A DNA stretch of 64,000 nucleotides from an uncultured bacterium. Lineage in GTDB: Bacteria; Patescibacteriota; Minisyncoccia; Phycocordibacterales; PALSA-1337. The notes beneath the pieces were generated by a model. That model was given only the letters and a program-made list of their open reading frames with translations. It was not told where the DNA came from and searched no databases. Below are positions 20,404 to 30,318 of this stretch, in pieces (positions within the stretch are counted from its first letter, which is position 1; each line of letters starts with the position of its first letter). The stretch spans positions 13,464 to 77,463 of the forward strand of contig CAWKEA010000002.1 in NCBI GenBank assembly GCA_963848635.1. The letters are read 5' to 3'. Position numbers and translations under genes: made by a program.

Positions 20404-20439
20404 AAGAAATCTTTATAATTATTTTAACTTTTCTTAATG
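20404..20439 (+). promoter_or_regulatory. Recurrent promoter-like motif, copy C (AAGAAATCTTTATAATTATTTTAACTTTTCTTAATGG)
   Basis: 33 of 35 identical to copy A. It lies upstream of the peptidase gene. Confidence 0.5.
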
Positions 20440-20484
20440 GCTGTCTTTTATACTGTAGGAATTACTAGGTAAAAAATAAAAAAC

Positions 20485-21687
20485 ATGAGAAATAATGCGC
20501 AACGCGCGATCGGTGCAGTGGTTTTATTGATGATTGGTTTTATGGTGACGGAGAGCACTCCCTGCTTTGATTATTTCAACAAGCCTATTTTTGTCCATGC
20601 AAGCGTCATCCCTTCGCTCGACACTTTCACTGCGCGACCGCCGATACACATCTTCGCTGGCGCAACGGCAGGACCATCAGGCTTATCCCCTTCTCTTGTA
20701 AAAAAGGCGTACGGTTTGCCATCGACAGGCGGCGGAGGCACTATCGCTATCATTGCCGCCTTCAATCATCCGAATATCGCGAGCGATTTGGCGGCTTTTG
20801 TGAAAGAATTCTCATTGAGCTCGTGCACCTCCACAAACAAATGTCTCGAGATCCATCCGATGAATCCAGCGGCAAAAGACGACTCTGGCTGGTCAATGGA
20901 AACGGCTCTCGACACGGAATGGTCGCACGCCATAGCCCCCTCGGCAAAGATCCTCGTAGTCGAAGCGGCATCCGACAGCGGCACAAACCTCATGAGAGCA
21001 GTCGATTACGCCCGCACGAGAAGCGATGTCGTCGCCGTATCTATGAGCTGGGGCGGGAACGAATTCATTGGCGAGACGGATCTCGACAAGCATTTCGGAG
21101 CAAGCACTTCGATGGCATTCTTTGCATCGTCCGGTGACGACGGCGCCGGGGCCAGTTGGCCGGCGGCTTCGCCAAATGTCATATCAGTCGGAGGCACTTC
21201 CCTTATGCTCAGCATAAAAGGCGTCCTATCATCTGAAAAGGCATGGGCTGGATCAGGCGGCGGAACAAGCGCTTACGAAAGCGAGCCTGCATATCAAAGC
21301 GCTTATTCCATCCCGCGCGCAGGCGGCAAGCGCGCCATCCCTGACGTCGCATTTGCGGCAGATCCACGATATGGATTCTCTGTCTATCATGCGCCCGACT
21401 CTTCATCTTTGATCGCTTCTTCAAAGTCGTCTGTAAAGAATTGGTATGTCGTAGGCGGAACCTCGGCCGGTGCGCCGCAATGGGCCGCCATCGCCGCGCT
21501 CGCTTTTGCGGCAAAAGACCCTATTTCCCTATCAAAGCTTTACCAGGATAAAGCGGCCTCGTCATATGCAAAATTCTTCCGTGACATCACGAGCGGCGGC
21601 AACGGCGATTGTGCCTATTTTTGCACGGCACGCAAACATTACGACTATGTGACGGGATTAGGCTCGCCGGTGACGGATAAGTTTTGA
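20485..21687 (+). CDS. Subtilase-superfamily serine peptidase (S8/S53, sedolisin-like), secreted
   Basis: A signal-anchor N-terminus, an Asp region IAIIAAFNHP, and a Ser motif GGTSAGAPQWAAIAAL. Confidence 0.65.
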   Translation: MRNNAQRAIGAVVLLMIGFMVTESTPCFDYFNKPIFVHASVIPSLDTFTARPPIHIFAGATAGPSGLSPSLVKKAYGLPSTGGGGTIAIIAAFNHPNIASDLAAFVKEFSLSSCTSTNKCLEIHPMNPAAKDDSGWSMETALDTEWSHAIAPSAKILVVEAASDSGTNLMRAVDYARTRSDVVAVSMSWGGNEFIGETDLDKHFGASTSMAFFASSGDDGAGASWPAASPNVISVGGTSLMLSIKGVLSSEKAWAGSGGGTSAYESEPAYQSAYSIPRAGGKRAIPDVAFAADPRYGFSVYHAPDSSSLIASSKSSVKNWYVVGGTSAGAPQWAAIAALAFAAKDPISLSKLYQDKAASSYAKFFRDITSGGNGDCAYFCTARKHYDYVTGLGSPVTDKF

Positions 21688-21688
21688 C

Positions 21689-22618
21689 TCATTCCATCTC
21701 CCTCAAGATCCTTATCCTCTCTTCCGTCGGCGGATGCGTCATGAAAAGCTTGGCGATGCCGCGCGAGGCGCCTTTGCCGAAAGGGTTCGAGATATACAGG
21801 TGCGCCGTCGCGTTATTTGCGGTCGCCATGGGCCGGCCATAGCCTTCGATCTTTTCGAGGGCTGAGGCGAGGCCTTCGGGATAGCGGGTCAAGAGAGCGC
21901 CATCTGCGTCAGCGAGAAACTCGCGCTTTCTGGAAATCGCCAACTGGATGAGCTGGGCGACAATCGGCGAAAGAATGACGAAGACAATGCCGACAACAGC
22001 TAAAATAGCCCCGAATTGGCCGCCATTGCTGTTATTGTTGCGCCGATTTCCTCCGAAAAACATGCTCCTCGTAAAGATATTCGCGAGTATGGCTATGAAA
22101 CCGACGAGGACAACGACGACAGTCTGGAGCAATGTGTCGCGATTACCGATATGCGAGAGCTCATGAGCGATGACGCCGGACAACTCATTCTTGTCCATCA
22201 TACCGAGCAGTCCCTGCGTCACTGCCACGGCCGCATGATCCTTGTCGCGGCCTGTCGCGAATGCGTTTGGCGCCGCATCGGGAATTATGTAGATCCGCGG
22301 CATAGGCAGGCCGGCGGTGATAGCAAGATTCTCCACGACTTGAAACAATTGGATATTGTCTTCACTTTTCGCGGGAACCGCATGGGCAAGCGAAAGCGAT
22401 ATCTTGTCTGAATACCAATAGCTTCCGATATTCATCGCGAGAGCTATGGCTATAGCGATATAAAGGAAAGCGGGGCTCTCCCAATACCAGCTTATGAAAT
22501 AGCCCAGAGCAACCACAATGACCAAAAATACGGTCATCAAAAACCATGTTCGGCGGACGTTCTTATCTTGTTGAGTGTAGAGGGTCGCCATGATATAAAC
22601 GCAAAAATCAAAATGCAA
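21689..22618 (-). CDS. htpX: Zinc metalloprotease HtpX (M48 family)
   Basis: HEXXH as VIAHELSHIGNRD, four TM segments, and the C-terminal motif MTHPPTEERI. Confidence 0.85.
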   Translation of the reverse strand: MHFDFCVYIMATLYTQQDKNVRRTWFLMTVFLVIVVALGYFISWYWESPAFLYIAIAIALAMNIGSYWYSDKISLSLAHAVPAKSEDNIQLFQVVENLAITAGLPMPRIYIIPDAAPNAFATGRDKDHAAVAVTQGLLGMMDKNELSGVIAHELSHIGNRDTLLQTVVVVLVGFIAILANIFTRSMFFGGNRRNNNSNGGQFGAILAVVGIVFVILSPIVAQLIQLAISRKREFLADADGALLTRYPEGLASALEKIEGYGRPMATANNATAHLYISNPFGKGASRGIAKLFMTHPPTEERIRILREME

Positions 22619-22712
22619 AAATCAAAATTGAAATGCAAAATCTCTTTATTAATTGATTCAACAATTTTTTGATACAGTTTTGAATTTTGAACTTTGAGTT
22701 TTGATTTATTTT

Positions 22713-23273
22713 CTAGAACTTCACCTGCACCGGCTCCTTTGCGGCCGCATCGCTTGCATCAAGCTGGAAGAAATCCATTCCCTTGAAACCAAAGGTCGAA
22801 GCGATCATACTACCTGGAAATACTTGGATAGAAGTATTGAAGTCGCGAACATTGCCGTTGTAGAATCGTCGAGCGGCCTGGATCTTGTCTTCCGTGTCGG
22901 TCAATTCCGATTGGAGCGAGAGGAAATTCTGGTTGGCTTTCAAATCCGGATATGCCTCGGAGACGGCAAAGAGCGACTTGAGCGCGCCAGCCAACTGATT
23001 TTCGGCAACGCCTTTGTCGGCGAGGCCAGTAGCGCCCATGGCGGCAGTTCGAGCATTCGTCACATCTTCAAAGACCGTCTTCTCGTGCGCGGCATAGCCC
23101 TTGACCGTTTCCACAAGGTTCGGGATGAGATCATAGCGGCGCTTGAGCTGAACATCGATGTCGGCCCATGATTCCTGAGCTCGATTCCGAGAGCGGACCA
23201 GGCCGTTGAAAGCGATGATCGCCCAGAGGACCAAAATTACGATTATAGCGAGAATGATATATGTGATGATCAT
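22713..23273 (-). CDS. lemA: LemA family protein
   Basis: An N-terminal TM helix plus LemA signatures (RYDLIPNLVETVKGYAAHEK ... QLAGAL ... AYPDLKANQNF). Confidence 0.85.
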   Translation of the reverse strand: MIITYIILAIIVILVLWAIIAFNGLVRSRNRAQESWADIDVQLKRRYDLIPNLVETVKGYAAHEKTVFEDVTNARTAAMGATGLADKGVAENQLAGALKSLFAVSEAYPDLKANQNFLSLQSELTDTEDKIQAARRFYNGNVRDFNTSIQVFPGSMIASTFGFKGMDFFQLDASDAAAKEPVQVKF

Positions 23274-23331
23274 GACTTTTGGGGGGTTATTTGATAATTA
23301 AGATTCCAAATTCGAAGCGCCGAGTTGGTGC

Positions 23332-24033
23332 TTATTTTCCCGTGCTCGTCGATGTCGGATGGTAGCTCGTTTCAGGCTGTCCTGTAGGCAGTGTCAAGAA
23401 AGCGAACGATTGGACGACTGATTTGAAAGCGGCGTCGGCATCGTTGACCTGGCTTTGGCTGTTGGCGTTGATCTTTGAAACATCAGAAGTCGAAAAGCCT
23501 TTCGTCGTCGGATCGAGAGTCACTGATTCAAAGGTGAACATATAGCAGACATTGCCCTTTTGTAGAGAATAGAGCTGATCGAAATAACCGCGGCCGTCGA
23601 CTGAGTTCTGCATCGAGACGGTATCGAACGAGAGGCTTCCGACCGAGAGGGTGCTCTTGTCTTTGATGGTCACAACAGGAGGAAAAGCGCAGTTGCCCGA
23701 GAGAACCTGTACTGAGGCATCGAGAGTACCGATGGCTGTTTGCGGAAATTGGTCAGGGATAATGAATGTCACGCCCGCTGGAGCGCTCTCCGTCTGCCAA
23801 CTGGTAGGGTAGTTGACAGAAAAGCCGAGTTCCTGGTTCTCGAACTGTGACAAGGACGCCGAGAGCTTGTTATCCTGGACAGGGCTGACTGATCCAGACA
23901 AGCTCGAACCGGAAGACAAAGTGTTTCCGCCACCTGGGCCCATTTCATAGTTCTGATATAAATGGACGACGAGAATGACTACAGCAATTATAATGATTAC
24001 TACGGCGGTCCATATGATTGATTGTTTTTTCAT
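23332..24033 (-). CDS. Hypothetical membrane-anchored exported protein (paralog of 24062-24781)
   Basis: An N-terminal TM helix, a Ser/Gly-rich linker, and a beta-rich domain (NYPTSWQTE...). Confidence 0.5.
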   Translation of the reverse strand: MKKQSIIWTAVVIIIIAVVILVVHLYQNYEMGPGGGNTLSSGSSLSGSVSPVQDNKLSASLSQFENQELGFSVNYPTSWQTESAPAGVTFIIPDQFPQTAIGTLDASVQVLSGNCAFPPVVTIKDKSTLSVGSLSFDTVSMQNSVDGRGYFDQLYSLQKGNVCYMFTFESVTLDPTTKGFSTSDVSKINANSQSQVNDADAAFKSVVQSFAFLTLPTGQPETSYHPTSTSTGK

Positions 24034-24061
24034 AGTTTCTCAAGTATATCAAAATAGACGC

Positions 24062-24781
24062 TTATTGTGAAGCGCCCGAGGAAAAAGTCCCGACCATCGC
24101 CCCGATTATGGCTTCAACCTTGGACAACTCGGCGCTGTGGATATCGTCTGCAGTTTTGATCGCGGCAGGATCAGACAGGTAGAGGCCCGCCCCGTTCGCG
24201 CCATGGTCGAACAGCGTTATCCTATAGCATAGTCCATTGGCTAAAGTATCATACGTGATCGTCAGATATCTATTGCCGGCCCCGACATCGCTGACCTGGT
24301 TCTCGATGAATGCCATGCCATTCTCGTTGAAAGCCTGGGGGGCATTGTCGATAGGCCCAGGTGCAACAGCCAAACATGTCGAGCTCGCGGTCACGATGAC
24401 ATACGCCTCATCAGCAAGGACAGTCGTGAAATAAATGCTCTTTGGAAATTGAAGGGCAAGAAGATACGGCCCATCGATAGTCGGGATGACGCTCGTGCTC
24501 ACCGTAAGATCGGCGGGATATCGTATGCTGAATGGTGTTTGCGCGTCTGAAAATGTTTTCCAAGACGAAGTATCGATAGAAGAAATAGGCGAAGTTGAAG
24601 AAGACTGTCCTGTAGTTTGAGTCGAGGAGGCCTGCAATCGATCGTTTAATGAGCTTGACGTCGTTACCCCAACGCCTGTCGATTGGTCTACAAGGTCAAA
24701 GATGAGAAAAACCACGGCTACGATTATCACGAAGACGAGGATCGCTAAAGCTATTTTTGATGATTTTTTTGACGAGTTCAT
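24062..24781 (-). CDS. Hypothetical membrane-anchored exported protein (paralog of 23332-24033)
   Basis: Same architecture: TM helix, S/T-rich linker, domain with FSIRYPADL. Likely start is MNSSKK at 24781. Confidence 0.5.
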   Translation of the reverse strand: MNSSKKSSKIALAILVFVIIVAVVFLIFDLVDQSTGVGVTTSSSLNDRLQASSTQTTGQSSSTSPISSIDTSSWKTFSDAQTPFSIRYPADLTVSTSVIPTIDGPYLLALQFPKSIYFTTVLADEAYVIVTASSTCLAVAPGPIDNAPQAFNENGMAFIENQVSDVGAGNRYLTITYDTLANGLCYRITLFDHGANGAGLYLSDPAAIKTADDIHSAELSKVEAIIGAMVGTFSSGASQ

Positions 24782-24961
24782 GGGATCATTATACAACAGA
24801 ATTGCGATCAATAAAAGACGGCTTCCCCTCGCCACGAGTTCCGAACAAAATCGTCCCGGTATGTCTCAGGACTGGATCCATCATTCTTACAACAAGCTAT
24901 GATTGCAATTGCTCTTCAATCCGATATAGTAAAGGCGGAGAACTTTTACAGCACACTAAGT

Positions 24962-26329
24962 ATGAATACTAACTACCCTCAGCATTACTGCGGCGTCTTT
25001 GGAATAAAAGACATGCCGCAAGCGTCGAACTACGCATTCAACGGATTGTTCGCTCTGCAACACCGCGGCCAGGAAAGTGCCGGGATCATCAGCACTGACG
25101 GAAAGGAGTTCCATAAGCATATCGCTATGGGGCTCGTGCGGGAAGTCTTCATAGACCCTATATTGACAAGTCTCAAAGGCACGATGGCGATCGGCCACAA
25201 CCGATACGCTACGACCGGCGAATCGAGGGTCGGCAATGCACAGCCACTGTCTGTTGCGTGCAAGCTGGGCAAGATCGCTCTCGCCCATAACGGCAACCTG
25301 ACGAACACCGCCGCTCTCCGGACCGATATGGAAAACAGAGGCGCGGCATTCCAAACGAGCACGGACAGCGAAGTGATGCTGTTCCTCCTCGCGCAATCGG
25401 ATGGCCCGCTCGAGCTTGCCATACGAGACATGATGGCAAAAGTGGAAGGCGCATATTCCCTCGTCATCATGACGGAGGATTCGCTCGTCGCGGTGCGCGA
25501 TCCGCATGGGTTTCGACCGCTCTCTATCGGCACGCTCGACGGCAATCCGGTCATCGCGAGCGAGACGTGCGCATTCGATATGATCGGTGCGCGCTTCGAA
25601 CGCGATGTCGAACCGGGTGAAATAGTCATATTCAAAGAAAACACTGTCCGCTCCTTGCAGGCAGATGATCGTCCGTCGACAAGTTTCTGCGCGTTCGAAA
25701 AGATATATTTTGCCCGGCCCGACAGCAATATGGGAGGTAAAAGCATCTACGACCTCCGTGTCGAAATGGGAAAAAGGCTCGCCCTCGAATACCCTATCGA
25801 AGCAGATGCCGTCGTGCCGATTCTCGATGGCGGATATCATGCCGCGCATGGATATGCACAGGCTCGAGGGATAGAGCTCGTCGAAGCCTTCGTCCGCAAT
25901 CATTATGCGCTCAGGAGTTTCATAAAGCCTACCCAAGCTGGACGCGACCTTACGGTCAACTTCAAGCTGAACCTCATACCAAGTCTGGTGAAGGGCAAGC
26001 GCGTAGTCATCGTAGACGATTCCATTGTCCGCGGTACGACATGCCGTGCCAGAGTAAAAAAAGTCCGCCAGGCTGGCGCTCGCGAAGTGCACCTCCTCGT
26101 CAGCTGTCCGCCGCACATGCATCCCTGCTATTACGGCATCGACTTCCCTGACCCGAGCAAGCTCATCGCGGCAAATCACACCCGAGAACAGATACGAGTC
26201 GACCTCGGCCTCGACTCTCTCGGCTATCTGTCCGAAGGAGGGCTCATAGAAGTCCTTGGCCCGGGCCATTGCCTCGCCTGTTGGAACGGCAAGTATCCCA
26301 CAGCGCACGAAGACGCCGTTCACCTTTGA
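24962..26329 (+). CDS. purF: Amidophosphoribosyltransferase PurF
   Basis: N-terminal nucleophile CGVFGI, GHNRYATTG, a PRPP-binding loop VVIVDDSIVRGTT, and Fe-S cysteines C..C(PPHMHPCYYG). Confidence 0.85.
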   Translation: MNTNYPQHYCGVFGIKDMPQASNYAFNGLFALQHRGQESAGIISTDGKEFHKHIAMGLVREVFIDPILTSLKGTMAIGHNRYATTGESRVGNAQPLSVACKLGKIALAHNGNLTNTAALRTDMENRGAAFQTSTDSEVMLFLLAQSDGPLELAIRDMMAKVEGAYSLVIMTEDSLVAVRDPHGFRPLSIGTLDGNPVIASETCAFDMIGARFERDVEPGEIVIFKENTVRSLQADDRPSTSFCAFEKIYFARPDSNMGGKSIYDLRVEMGKRLALEYPIEADAVVPILDGGYHAAHGYAQARGIELVEAFVRNHYALRSFIKPTQAGRDLTVNFKLNLIPSLVKGKRVVIVDDSIVRGTTCRARVKKVRQAGAREVHLLVSCPPHMHPCYYGIDFPDPSKLIAANHTREQIRVDLGLDSLGYLSEGGLIEVLGPGHCLACWNGKYPTAHEDAVHL

Positions 26330-26492
26330 ACTGATCTATGATACATACCACCCACCCGGAGCGATTCGGGTGGTTTTTTCTTCTTTAGCGATTTTACTGG
26401 CAATCATTTCTTGTAAAATTTTTATATATAAAAAATACAGATCCCGGAAAATTTATCCCCATGAAAGATCGATGCGCGACGAGCAGCTACCC

Positions 26493-28268
26493 TCAATTCA
26501 TGCCAGCCATATTTTTAATATCTGAAGAATCTTCCAGATGCTTCCGCGAGCGGCGGGCAAAAACAGTCAGGACGACGATCATGGCGATCGATAGCGCGAC
26601 GATGGCTGATTCGCCGATGCCGAGACCGGCAGTGGCGGAAGTCGCGGCAGTTGCCGCATCAGGAATCATCCACTCTGCATAATAAGCCTGAATATACGTG
26701 ATAGCGCATATGATGAGCACAAGGCCGATGCTGTGCAAAATAGTGAATCGAAACAGCCGCCCTTCTTGTCCAGTCAGTCTTGTTGAAGCTGTCGCTACTG
26801 CAATGCTTTGAGGTGATATCATTTTCGCGGCCACCCCGCCGCTTGAATTGGCGGCGACGGTCAAGACAGGGTTGAGACCGAGGGAACGGGCAGTCTGGGA
26901 TTGGATTGTGCTAAAAAGAGCATTGGAAGACGTATCGCTACCTGTAATGAAGACACCGAACCAGCCGAGGAGAGGCGCGAGAAACGGAAAGAATCTTCCC
27001 GTTCCAGTCAGGGCATCGCCAATGGCGATCGACATACCAGAATAGTTTGCGACGTAGGCAAATCCGACGATCGAACCGATAGTGATGAGAGGTTTATACA
27101 ATTCCTTTATCGTCAAGAGCGCCGTAAGCCAAAAATCTTTCCACGAGACACGGAGAAGTATCGCGGTAAGGATCGCGGCAAAAAGTATAGCCGTCCCCGC
27201 GGCGCCGAGCCAAGCAAAAGAATAGCTTATCTGAAGGAATGCCCCATTGCTCATTATCGAGCCATTGAGCATTCCAAAAGGAACGACCAAGGTTGCCTTT
27301 CCAAGGATAGTCTGAATGCCTGGGATTCCCCAGTTGCCGACGAATATGACGAGCAGAAGAAACGGCGTCCACGCGCGCACAAGCTCGCCAAAGCTATGAT
27401 GCGGACGAAGCGGATGCGAAACGCCTTCTAACCTCTCTTTTGGGAAACGCCAGATTTCAGCAGGATGCCAAAAACGAAGAAGAAGGATCAAACAGAGGAT
27501 CGAAACGATCGCTGATAGGACATCTGGTAGCGTCGGCCCAAAATAGCTCGCTGTGAAAAACATCGTTACCGCATATGAACCTCCTACAGTGAGTATCGCG
27601 GGCCAGATCGCCTTAGCCCCTTTCCACCCAGCAACAATGATCACGAGCCACAGCGGAACGATGAGAGCTATGATCGGTAGCTGGTGAGCGATCATCTTGC
27701 TCAAGATATTCGGATCGATGTTGGTCAGATGTCCCGCGGTTATGACTGCGATGCCAATACCGCCAAAAGCCACAGGGGCTGTATTAGCTATGAGGCAAAC
27801 GCCAGCCGCATAAAGAGAATCAAAGCCAAGACCCACCAACATACCGGCAGTGATAGCGACAGGCGCACCGAAACCAGCCGATCCTTCAAGGAAGGCGCCA
27901 AAACAAAAGGCTATAAGAAGCGCCTGAATGCGCCGGTCGGCGGTGACTGATTCGATGCTGTCGCGCACGATAGCAAAGCTTCCGCTCTTGACGCTTATGT
28001 TATACAAGAAAACCGCTGAGAGCACGATCCAACCGATCGGAAACAGGCCATTAAGTACGCCATAGAATCCTGCCATCCCAGCCAATCCGACAGGCATCGC
28101 ATATACAGTGACTGCGATCACAAGCCCGGTAAGCAAAGTCAATAGAGTCGCAATATGGCCGGCGACCTTACGGCTCAAGAGTAAAATGAACAAAAAGACT
28201 ATAGGAATCGTGGCCACACCCGCGGAAAGAATCACATTATGGAGAGGATCTATTGCTTGTTGCCACAT
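26493..28268 (-). CDS. lctP: L-lactate permease (LctP family)
   Basis: MWQQAIDPLHNVILSAGVATIPIVF... matches the LctP N-terminus. About 14 TM segments, 591 aa. Confidence 0.75.
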   Translation of the reverse strand: MWQQAIDPLHNVILSAGVATIPIVFLFILLLSRKVAGHIATLLTLLTGLVIAVTVYAMPVGLAGMAGFYGVLNGLFPIGWIVLSAVFLYNISVKSGSFAIVRDSIESVTADRRIQALLIAFCFGAFLEGSAGFGAPVAITAGMLVGLGFDSLYAAGVCLIANTAPVAFGGIGIAVITAGHLTNIDPNILSKMIAHQLPIIALIVPLWLVIIVAGWKGAKAIWPAILTVGGSYAVTMFFTASYFGPTLPDVLSAIVSILCLILLLRFWHPAEIWRFPKERLEGVSHPLRPHHSFGELVRAWTPFLLLVIFVGNWGIPGIQTILGKATLVVPFGMLNGSIMSNGAFLQISYSFAWLGAAGTAILFAAILTAILLRVSWKDFWLTALLTIKELYKPLITIGSIVGFAYVANYSGMSIAIGDALTGTGRFFPFLAPLLGWFGVFITGSDTSSNALFSTIQSQTARSLGLNPVLTVAANSSGGVAAKMISPQSIAVATASTRLTGQEGRLFRFTILHSIGLVLIICAITYIQAYYAEWMIPDAATAATSATAGLGIGESAIVALSIAMIVVLTVFARRSRKHLEDSSDIKNMAGMN

Positions 28269-28379
28269 ATTTGTGTTAGCTTCATTTTATGAAGATAATC
28301 ATATCACAATGGCCGCTCGCGATATGCACCATATTTCACGCTGTAAGCGTATATAAAGTGAAAGCAACCACTAACTACG

Positions 28380-29423
28380 ATGACTAAGTCACCCCAAAGC
28401 TTATTTTTCGCGCCTATTTGTTGTGCCGCCGTTATCGGAGCGACGCTGGCCTTGTGCGCGCATGCCGCAGTGACGCCGACATTAGTTTTGAACAATCTCG
28501 GCAATAATCAGGTACAGGTAACTGTCACTGGCGATCCTAATCAGCCAATAAGCCTTTACTATTACACCCAATACCCTACCCTTGCGACAAATGCAGGAAC
28601 AATCGGCTACACGGCGAGCAATGAGTATTTTTCCACCAACCTTTTGTCTGGACAATACAATATCCCGTCAAACGCTTATGTCTATGTCATGGTAGATGGC
28701 GCGGTATCATCGCCTATCGAATGGCCTTACAATAGCACTATTTATTCAAGCACAAACCAAGTCACCTTCAGCCAAAATAACATCTCGATCGCTCCGAACC
28801 AGACGATGCAGATCATAGTATACGGCGGCTCTGGCGCGTATTATGTTTCCCAAAATTCTTCTTTGGTCAGCGCCGCTTTAAATGGCGATACTCTGACTCT
28901 TTCCGGTAACGAGAACGAGAGTGGATCAGGTTCGCTCGTCATTTGCTCCAGCAGTAGTTCATGCGGCACTTTATATTTGAACATAACTGCCCCGACATAC
29001 ACGTATCAATATCCGACTGCATATCAAACACTCACACCGATATCCCTGAGTCAAAGCGCGATCAGTCTCCGCGCAGGCCAACAAGAATATATAAATATAT
29101 ACGGCAATGGAAGCTATTATCTTTACAGCAATTCGAATCAATACTCAGTCACAAGCGGCATAAGCGGCAGTACGCTTTGGATAAACGGCCTTGAGCCTGG
29201 AATATCTTATGTCGTGGTCTGCGGAAGCCTCGGCTCTTCATGTGCGACGCTCTATGTTGACGTAGGGGCGCCTCTCGCATACACTGCTCCGCCTGCCTAT
29301 TATTCGGAGCCTCAGCAAATCTATTATCCGCAACCTGTCATCCAACAAGGCTTCCGACCGATCACGTATATGTTCCAACCGGTAGCGCGGTATCTCTCGT
29401 ATCTGTACCCAAGGAATTGGTAA
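28380..29423 (+). CDS. Secreted N/S/T/Y-rich cell-surface protein with three roughly 90-aa repeats, each ending in a Cys pair (C..SSC(G/A)TLY(L/V)(N/D)(I/V))
   Basis: A signal peptide, and internal repeats seen directly: ...LVICSSSSSCGTLYLNI / ...YVVVCGSLGSSCATLYVDV. Confidence 0.55.
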   Translation: MTKSPQSLFFAPICCAAVIGATLALCAHAAVTPTLVLNNLGNNQVQVTVTGDPNQPISLYYYTQYPTLATNAGTIGYTASNEYFSTNLLSGQYNIPSNAYVYVMVDGAVSSPIEWPYNSTIYSSTNQVTFSQNNISIAPNQTMQIIVYGGSGAYYVSQNSSLVSAALNGDTLTLSGNENESGSGSLVICSSSSSCGTLYLNITAPTYTYQYPTAYQTLTPISLSQSAISLRAGQQEYINIYGNGSYYLYSNSNQYSVTSGISGSTLWINGLEPGISYVVVCGSLGSSCATLYVDVGAPLAYTAPPAYYSEPQQIYYPQPVIQQGFRPITYMFQPVARYLSYLYPRNW

Positions 29424-29454
29424 TAAGTGGTATTATTCTTTCATCATTAATTCG

Positions 29455-30257
29455 ATGACGAGAAAAAATATCGCGTATTTCATCCTTGTGCTCATAATTG
29501 TCATCTCGACAGCAACCGTCATCTATTTCAAATGCAACAGCCAGCCTCCGACAGCGCTATCGAATGGAAAGATCGAGAATGTCCTCTTTATCGGCAATAG
29601 TCTGACTTATACAAATAATTTGCCGAAAGTTTTATCTGACATTGCCCAGTCGATGGGAGATATCGTCGACTATGATATGTATGCCCCGGCGGCTATACTT
29701 TGGCACAAGACACAAAGGATCAGAGCGCTTTGGACAAGATCAAATCAAAACCTTGGGATTTCGTAGTAGTGCAGGAGCAAAGCGAGCTCCCTGCCCTCAA
29801 AGATGCTCTCGTAGACAGCGAGGTCATGCCATATGCGATTCAATTGAACAGCGAAATTCACAATTCATGGCCAAAGGCCACGACCGTCCTTTTTGAAACA
29901 TGGGGGTACGAGAATGGCGACAAACAATATTGCCCGACGAACCCGACACTTTGCAGTTATTCGCTCATGCAAGACCAGATATCGAGATCATATGGCCTCA
30001 TGGCGCAAAGCACGGGCGCACTTTTAGCTCCGGTCGGTGAAGCATGGAGAATCGTGCGCACTACCCATCCCGAAATCAACCTTTACCAAGATGATAGACA
30101 CCCATCTATGAGCGGAACATATCTAGCCGCCGCTGTCCTGTATATGGCTATATTCAAGAAAGACGTCCTTGGCGCGTCGCCTTTGAGCTTGGACAACAAA
30201 ACCGCGGATATAGTGCAAGAGGCCGCAGAGCAAGCAATGACACCGCGTTCAGAATAA
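29455..30257 (+). CDS. SGNH/GDSL-like hydrolase (DUF4886-like), split by a 1-nt frameshift at about 29690
   Basis: VLFIGNSLTYTNN (the SGNH Ser block) in ORF 29455-29766 continues in ORF 29700-30257 (QDTKDQSALDKIKSKPWDFVVVQEQS ... DDRHPS). Restoring one G in CCGG(G)CGG gives a continuous YAPGGYTLAQDTK. Confidence 0.6.
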
Positions 30258-30318
30258 GAGGCTCCTTCATGGATAAACGGCGGTATTGATGATGAGTGAG
30301 CACAATCCCGGTTCCAGA

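Noticed and set aside
24956-26323. 455-aa minus-strand ORF co-extensive with purF
   Set aside because: PurF on the plus strand has all its catalytic motifs. The antisense ORF is Arg/Ala-rich shadow sequence.
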